A stretch of DNA of 64,000 nt. It comes from a virus. How positions within the stretch are numbered: the stretch's first letter is position 1; each line of letters begins with the position of its first letter. Below, in pieces: positions 58,822 to 64,000 of the stretch. The DNA is taken from IMG/VR virus record IMGVR_UViG_3300007513_000009. One strand, given 5' to 3'. A model generated the notes under the pieces. It saw only the letters and a program-made list of their open reading frames with translations, did not search any database and was not told the DNA's origin. A program made the position numbers and the translations under genes.

Positions 58822-60906
58822 ATGGGTAATCATATAGGTAGACATTATCAGAGTCCAGGTGGAACAGAAATCACTCCATCTCATGTTGTTAATGAACATA
58901 CTTGTTTCGTAGTTGATGCTAATAATCAAGATTATACTAATGCTACATCAATATCTGGAGAATTAACTGGATATTTTTCTACAGTAGGGGGCATTAAAAC
59001 TACCGCTCTTGCGCCAGATTATAATCAAGCAACACGAAAATTTAATTTAAAAGAACCTGATGATGGTTTAAGTACAATGCCGTCATTTGTTACTGGAAGT
59101 GATGGAAGTTCGTCTTATTGGTCTTTTGATGGTAATACACAAGCCTTATCACCAAGAACTGATTTGGCTAATACAACAAGCCGTATGGGTGATAATAATT
59201 CAACTGGAACTACTGTATCGTTTTGGTTAAAAGAAAATCCTATATCTATAAGTGGTTCTCAATATGGTACGAATAATGCTACAACTGGAAGTGAGAAACA
59301 GCGTGCTAGTTTCTTTAGTTTTGATAATACTGAATTCGAATTTGCACAAGATCAAAGAAGTTTAACATTGGGTGTTGAACAAACTTACAGTACTGCTGCA
59401 GCGGGATATGTTAAGATTTTTAATAATATAACTAAATGGAGTAGTGGAGATGCTGGTTTTGGTCCAGATCAATATTCATATTTTGATTTTAATTTCCCAT
59501 ACCAATCATCTCTAAATGGTCCACAATACACTCATGAGTCAAATCCAAATCCTGTAGGTACAACATATGTAGACTGGGCTGATCCTTCTGGTTTGTATGT
59601 TACATGGGATTTTAATATGTTAGGAAGATGGGGAACTGGAAAAGGTCCCGAATCAGGTAGTATTTTAAGAACTTTATATAATACTACTTCTACTAATCCT
59701 GATATTATTAATAAAGAATTAAATTTTAAAGTTCATTCTTCGAGTAATTATACAAATGATGAATGGAATTTGGGTGGAATTAGTGGTAAAGTGGTATTAG
59801 ATGAGGCAGATCCAGAAACTTCTGCTTCTTTAATGTATTTGATGGATGCTGTTGGTAATGATGGACAGCCGGGTGATACTATGACTTTTCTATTAAATAC
59901 TGGTGAGAATAGATTAGCAGTATATAAAGGTGGTTATGAAGAAATAGTGTCTGGTAGTTTTAGAAGTGGTTCTCATTTATCAGATGACATTACTGATCGT
60001 AAAGATTGTTGGACAAATATGGCTTTTGTTTCAAAAGGTGAAGTTAGTACATCACTTGATGTTACTCTTGATTTAGACGGTTCGCCCGGTTCTAACAAAA
60101 CTGGAAGTGCTAAATATTATGATGGTGAGGGGTCACAGACAGATGGAACTTATGTTAGAATGTTAGCTGGTGGTTCTGGTGGGATTGCTGGTGATGGTAA
60201 TTCTGATTGGGCATCTGGTAATGGTCCTGGTTTTATCATTGGTCGTAGAAATTCAAATCAAACTGCAATTACAGGTTTAGTAGATTATTGGAAAGACTTT
60301 GTTGGTAAAGATTTAGAGGTGTGGACTACTAGTGACAATGGAACAGTCTATAAAGGTAAACATAGAATTCAAGATGTGGTAGCATATGATCCTGTTGTAG
60401 CTACTGATGCTGATTTTAAAGGATATGTATCAATTAGAATTGGTGGACAGTTCGATACGCAAGGAGTTGTACCATATGGTCAGTATCCAGGTAATACTAG
60501 TGAGGCATGGAATACTCAATTAAAATTAAGACTTCGTGTTTCAGAAGTTATAACATCAGATTTAAAAATTTATAAAAATGGTTATTTATATAAAACTATG
60601 GATACAAAAGGATATACTGCTGATTCTGGTTCGCGTGGTAAATATAATGTACCTTTTCAACCATATGAACAACCAGCAGTAGCAGATTCTACTTCAGATG
60701 GTGCGTGGTCTGGTTCTTATGGAGAGGGTGGAACTGGAACGACAGGAAGACATAATGGTAGAATTTATATAGGAAGATCATCAGGTGCAACTCCTAGATA
60801 TTGGAGAGGTAAAGTAGCACATATGAGTGTATATGATTCTTCATTAAGTGACGCAGATGTAAAAGGGAATTATTACGCTTTAAAGAGTAGATTCGAAGGC
60901 AAGTAA
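58822..60906 (+). CDS. LamG-like protein with large insertions
   Basis: FVVDA, WSFDG, TVSFWLK, WTNMAFV, IYKNG, IYIGR and VYDSSLS..V..NY..RF strands spread over 694 aa. Confidence 0.7.
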   Translation: MGNHIGRHYQSPGGTEITPSHVVNEHTCFVVDANNQDYTNATSISGELTGYFSTVGGIKTTALAPDYNQATRKFNLKEPDDGLSTMPSFVTGSDGSSSYWSFDGNTQALSPRTDLANTTSRMGDNNSTGTTVSFWLKENPISISGSQYGTNNATTGSEKQRASFFSFDNTEFEFAQDQRSLTLGVEQTYSTAAAGYVKIFNNITKWSSGDAGFGPDQYSYFDFNFPYQSSLNGPQYTHESNPNPVGTTYVDWADPSGLYVTWDFNMLGRWGTGKGPESGSILRTLYNTTSTNPDIINKELNFKVHSSSNYTNDEWNLGGISGKVVLDEADPETSASLMYLMDAVGNDGQPGDTMTFLLNTGENRLAVYKGGYEEIVSGSFRSGSHLSDDITDRKDCWTNMAFVSKGEVSTSLDVTLDLDGSPGSNKTGSAKYYDGEGSQTDGTYVRMLAGGSGGIAGDGNSDWASGNGPGFIIGRRNSNQTAITGLVDYWKDFVGKDLEVWTTSDNGTVYKGKHRIQDVVAYDPVVATDADFKGYVSIRIGGQFDTQGVVPYGQYPGNTSEAWNTQLKLRLRVSEVITSDLKIYKNGYLYKTMDTKGYTADSGSRGKYNVPFQPYEQPAVADSTSDGAWSGSYGEGGTGTTGRHNGRIYIGRSSGATPRYWRGKVAHMSVYDSSLSDADVKGNYYALKSRFEGK

Positions 60907-60939
60907 ATATTTGTATTTTAAATAGTTATATTTTTTTCC

Positions 60940-60947
60940 ATATTTAT
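60940..60947 (+). promoter_or_regulatory. ATATTTAT motif, putative late promoter
   Basis: Intergenic, 7 nt before the ATG at 60955. Confidence 0.55.
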
Positions 60948-60954
60948 ATATGAT

Positions 60955-61641
60955 ATGGCTTTTAATCACAACTCACAAATAGTAACAAATGGTTTAACAC
61001 TTTGTTTAGATGCTGCTGATATAAATTCTTATCCAGGAACTGGTGCTACTTGGTACGATTTATGTGGAAAAAATAACACTACTATAAATGGGGCAACTTA
61101 TAACTCTGGTGGATACTTTGTTTTAGATGGAACTAATGATTATTTTGAAGTAACATCAGACGGTAGAACAGATTTTGCTGTACAAGACTTTACAATTGAA
61201 GAGTGGTGCTATGTAGATCCTGATGGATCTTATGAAGTTCTTTGGAGCTACGATTATACTTCGCATGTTAGCCCTTATTATGCACAGCATTGGAGAGCTG
61301 TTAATGCTGAAGATACACTTTATGCTGCGACATTACTTGGTCAACATCAAACCGAAGTGAATTATACACCAAATAAATGGACACAATTAGTTTGGTCCAT
61401 TGAAGATACAGGATCAACCAAAGCTAGCAAATTATATCAAGATGGTGTATTACTTGGTTCTAGTTCTCCTAGTGTTAGTAACATAACTTATTATGAACAA
61501 GAGGTTTGGATTGGAAAAGCAAATTTTTCAACAGGTTATTATAAGGGAAATATAGCAGCTGCTCATTTTTATAATAGAGCATTAACCGCTACAGAAGTAT
61601 CACAAAACTTTGAAGCACATAGAAGTAGGTTTGGGATTTAG
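60955..61641 (+). CDS. LamG/concanavalin-A-like domain protein
   Basis: IVTNGLTLCLDAA..SYPGTG.TWYDL, DGTNDY, FTIEEW, YNRALT..EV.QNF..RFG. Confidence 0.85.
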   Translation: MAFNHNSQIVTNGLTLCLDAADINSYPGTGATWYDLCGKNNTTINGATYNSGGYFVLDGTNDYFEVTSDGRTDFAVQDFTIEEWCYVDPDGSYEVLWSYDYTSHVSPYYAQHWRAVNAEDTLYAATLLGQHQTEVNYTPNKWTQLVWSIEDTGSTKASKLYQDGVLLGSSSPSVSNITYYEQEVWIGKANFSTGYYKGNIAAAHFYNRALTATEVSQNFEAHRSRFGI

Positions 61642-61643
61642 AT

Positions 61644-62330
61644 ATGTCAACTAATTATAATCCCAAAACTATAACGAATGGATTGGTACTTTATTTGGAT
61701 GCTGCAAATAAGAACAGCTATCCAGGTTCAGGAACAACTTTTACTGATTTAGTTAATTCTGTTACTGTTTCTTTGGTGAATGGTCCGACTTATTCTAGTA
61801 GTGATGGTGGGTATTTATCTTTTGATGGGTCTAATGATTATATAGATATGGACAATACAGTATCTTATATAGATGAAGACGTAGGTACTCTTAGTATAGT
61901 TGCTAAATTAATTAGTCATAGTGGTAATGATTCTATAAATGACATAAGATATGATGCTAATAATAATTGGGGAATTCAAAATGTAGATTCAAATGGAGAC
62001 TTACAGTATAAATATAAATCTGGAGGTACTGTGAATAAAATAGATATAGATCAAACATTTTCAACAAGTAATCCTTTTGAATTTTTTGATATGTCATGGG
62101 ATGGAACTGCTAATGAATTAAAAGCATATAAAAATGGTGTTAAACAAGGAAATACTGTAACTATAGTAGGAACTATGACGACACCTACTACTTTTCATTA
62201 TGGTAAGGCTACTCCAGCTAGTAATGGTATGCAGAATTATCTTTCTTCATGGAAGTATTATAATAGAGTATTAACCGATGCGGAAGTATTACAAAATTAT
62301 AATGCACAGAAACATAGGTTTGGAGTATAG
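61644..62330 (+). CDS. LamG/concanavalin-A-like domain protein
   Basis: ITNGLVLYLDAANKNSYPGSG, FDGSNDY, YKNG, YNRVLT..EV.QNY..RFG. Confidence 0.85.
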   Translation: MSTNYNPKTITNGLVLYLDAANKNSYPGSGTTFTDLVNSVTVSLVNGPTYSSSDGGYLSFDGSNDYIDMDNTVSYIDEDVGTLSIVAKLISHSGNDSINDIRYDANNNWGIQNVDSNGDLQYKYKSGGTVNKIDIDQTFSTSNPFEFFDMSWDGTANELKAYKNGVKQGNTVTIVGTMTTPTTFHYGKATPASNGMQNYLSSWKYYNRVLTDAEVLQNYNAQKHRFGV

Positions 62331-62333
62331 ATT

Positions 62334-62981
62334 ATGGGATGTTATTATGGACCAAGTATTCAGACATATACCTTTAATGGTGCTGACTATTATTTAGCAA
62401 TTGATGAAGGAACAAGTGGATATGGAGGTACGACTTATGGAGATGCAACAGAGGCGAATGGAGATTATCTTAGTTTAACAACAGCTGTAGATGATCAAAA
62501 TGGACAAATTGAATATTCTGGTATATTTCCTGGTAGTCGTATGTATGCTACATTCGATACTTGGACAGGTGGTGGTACTGGTGCTGATGCTATTTGGTTT
62601 TACTGGGGTGCTACTACTCGACCAGGCGGCGAAGAAGCAAATCCTGGTGCATATCTTTGGGCTGTAGATGAATATTCTCCTGCTAATTATCAGTTCATTT
62701 CATGGGCTGGTACGACAATCAAAACTGACGCTGTAGCAAATGTTGATGATAGTACATGGCATAGTTGGATTATTGAATGGAAAAGTAATGTTATTAAAAG
62801 TTGGAGAGATGGTACTCTTGAATTTACATATACTGATACATATGGTGGGAACTCTAGTGTTCGTACTCTTACTAATCCATCAACTATAGGATGGGGTGCT
62901 AGAACAGGTGGATTGAACAATCATCATAGAATTAGAAATATGAAATTTTATGTTTCTAAAGATGATGGGAGTGGATATTAA
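62334..62981 (+). CDS. L-type (legume-like) lectin domain protein
   Basis: LSLTTA..DQNG.I, GADAIWF, WHSWIIEW and GWGARTGG..N.H.I pattern of L-type lectins. Confidence 0.75.
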   Translation: MGCYYGPSIQTYTFNGADYYLAIDEGTSGYGGTTYGDATEANGDYLSLTTAVDDQNGQIEYSGIFPGSRMYATFDTWTGGGTGADAIWFYWGATTRPGGEEANPGAYLWAVDEYSPANYQFISWAGTTIKTDAVANVDDSTWHSWIIEWKSNVIKSWRDGTLEFTYTDTYGGNSSVRTLTNPSTIGWGARTGGLNNHHRIRNMKFYVSKDDGSGY

Positions 62982-62982
62982 T

Positions 62983-63690
62983 ATGGCTGGTCATGGAAAT
63001 CCAAATATTGTAACAGATGGATTGGTCCTCTGTTTAGATGCTGCAGATAAGAATAGTTATTCAGGAAGCGGTACTACTTGGTATGATTTAAGTGGTGGTG
63101 GTAGGAATTTCACTTGGACTTCTACACCTACTTTTAATTCTAAAGGATATTTTGATTGTACAGGTAAATCTGCCACAGGACCAAATGCTAATACTTTCGG
63201 TATAACTAATAGTTCTGGTTATACTGAACAATTCACTTTTTATATTAATGATACAGCTCTACAAACAAATGGGGGAATTTGGTTTGGAGGTGGTGATGGA
63301 GCAGGAGATGAAAATGAAGGTGATTCCAGAGGTATTGGTATGCATATGCCGTGGTCTAATGGTAATATTTATTGGGATCAAGGAGGATGTTGTGATGCAA
63401 ACCAAAGAACTACTTATGAGTCTTTAACATATCAAACATGGTATAATCTAGCACTTGTAAGTACTGTTTCCAATAGATACATTTATTTGAATGGTAATTT
63501 AGTAGCCACTAATACTACTACTGCTGCTAACCTTAATCTTTCTGCTCATGCCGTTAGAATAAATGCAAATTTAAGTAATTATCAAGGTTGGGATGTTCTT
63601 CTTCCTTATTTGCATGTTTATAACAGGGGGTTATCTTCAACAGAAGTATCACAAAATTTTGAAGAACATAGAGGCAGATTTGGACTTTAG
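62983..63690 (+). CDS. LamG/concanavalin-A-like domain protein
   Basis: Start moved to MAGHGNPNIVTDGLVLCLDAA to match its paralogs; WYNLALV, IYLNG, YNRGLS..EV.QNF..RFG. Confidence 0.85.
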   Translation: MAGHGNPNIVTDGLVLCLDAADKNSYSGSGTTWYDLSGGGRNFTWTSTPTFNSKGYFDCTGKSATGPNANTFGITNSSGYTEQFTFYINDTALQTNGGIWFGGGDGAGDENEGDSRGIGMHMPWSNGNIYWDQGGCCDANQRTTYESLTYQTWYNLALVSTVSNRYIYLNGNLVATNTTTAANLNLSAHAVRINANLSNYQGWDVLLPYLHVYNRGLSSTEVSQNFEEHRGRFGL

Positions 63691-63693
63691 ATT

Positions 63694-64000
63694 ATGGCTT
63701 TAAATCACGGAACAAAACCAATTGTAACAGATGGATTGGTCCTCTGTTTAGATGCTGCAAATAAGAATAGTTATCCAGGAAGTGGAACAACTTGGACTGA
63801 TTTAAGTGGTGAAGGGAATAATTCCACTATGGTCGGTGATGCAATTTCATATGATTCTACTGAATCCGGATTCAACTTTACAGATGGTCCTAGCTCTGAT
63901 ACTAATGCCGATTACTTTTCTCTTCCAAATACTGCATTTACATTAGGTGAAGATTTTACTATAGAGATTTGGAATTACTATGATAGTGCTAGCACACCAA
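63694..64000 (+). CDS. LamG-like domain protein, truncated by the window end (not in the ORF track)
   Basis: MALNHGTKPIVTDGLVLCLDAANKNSYPGSGTTWTDLSGEGN..FTIEIW; open to the end of the window. Confidence 0.85.
   Translation, partial: MALNHGTKPIVTDGLVLCLDAANKNSYPGSGTTWTDLSGEGNNSTMVGDAISYDSTESGFNFTDGPSSDTNADYFSLPNTAFTLGEDFTIEIWNYYDSASTP

Noticed and set aside
62983-64000. Diversity-generating retroelement (TR/VR) among the lectin genes
   Set aside because: The near-identical segments are at 5' ends of coding genes, mismatches are not adenine-specific, and no reverse transcriptase is present in the window.
1-64000. Stop-codon reassignment as seen in some large phages
   Set aside because: Code-11 ORFs already tile the window almost completely, and both TAA and TAG end genes at homologous C-termini.
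1-64000. tRNA, rRNA, introns or inteins
   Set aside because: Intergenic gaps are short and AT-rich with no cloverleaf, and no intein or homing-endonuclease motifs were seen in primase or SbcCD.

Overview
AT-rich (roughly 30% GC by eye), densely coding segment, almost all on the + strand, from a large tailed phage (myovirus-like; standard genetic code). 1-22.8 kb: baseplate and tail structural genes (gp6/baseplate-J-like wedge, DNRLRE-like, PKD- and LamG-containing proteins, fibre-attachment proteins). 22.8-28.4 kb: an inserted cell-envelope cassette. It encodes a putative outer-membrane beta-barrel, a small basic protein, a membrane protein with an MshEN-like (c-di-GMP-binding) domain, a secreted thioredoxin-fold protein without CxxC, four tandem type IV pilin-like genes behind a sigma54-type promoter with an upstream palindrome, a secreted protein and a membrane-anchored Ig-like protein. 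28.4-33.6 kb: HExxH protein, RuvC-like resolvase, DnaG-type primase, a single-chain SbcD-SbcC (gp47-gp46) fusion and a small minus-strand RHH-like protein. 33.7-64 kb: a 3813-aa tail fibre, further fibres sharing one C-terminal module, a Kelch-like repeat protein and arrays of small LamG/lectin genes. A strand-specific ATATTTAT motif sits in most sizeable intergenic gaps (candidate phage late promoter). The best candidate for an undescribed system is the phage-borne pilin/MshEN cassette. All calls come from motif recognition by eye; no database searches were run.
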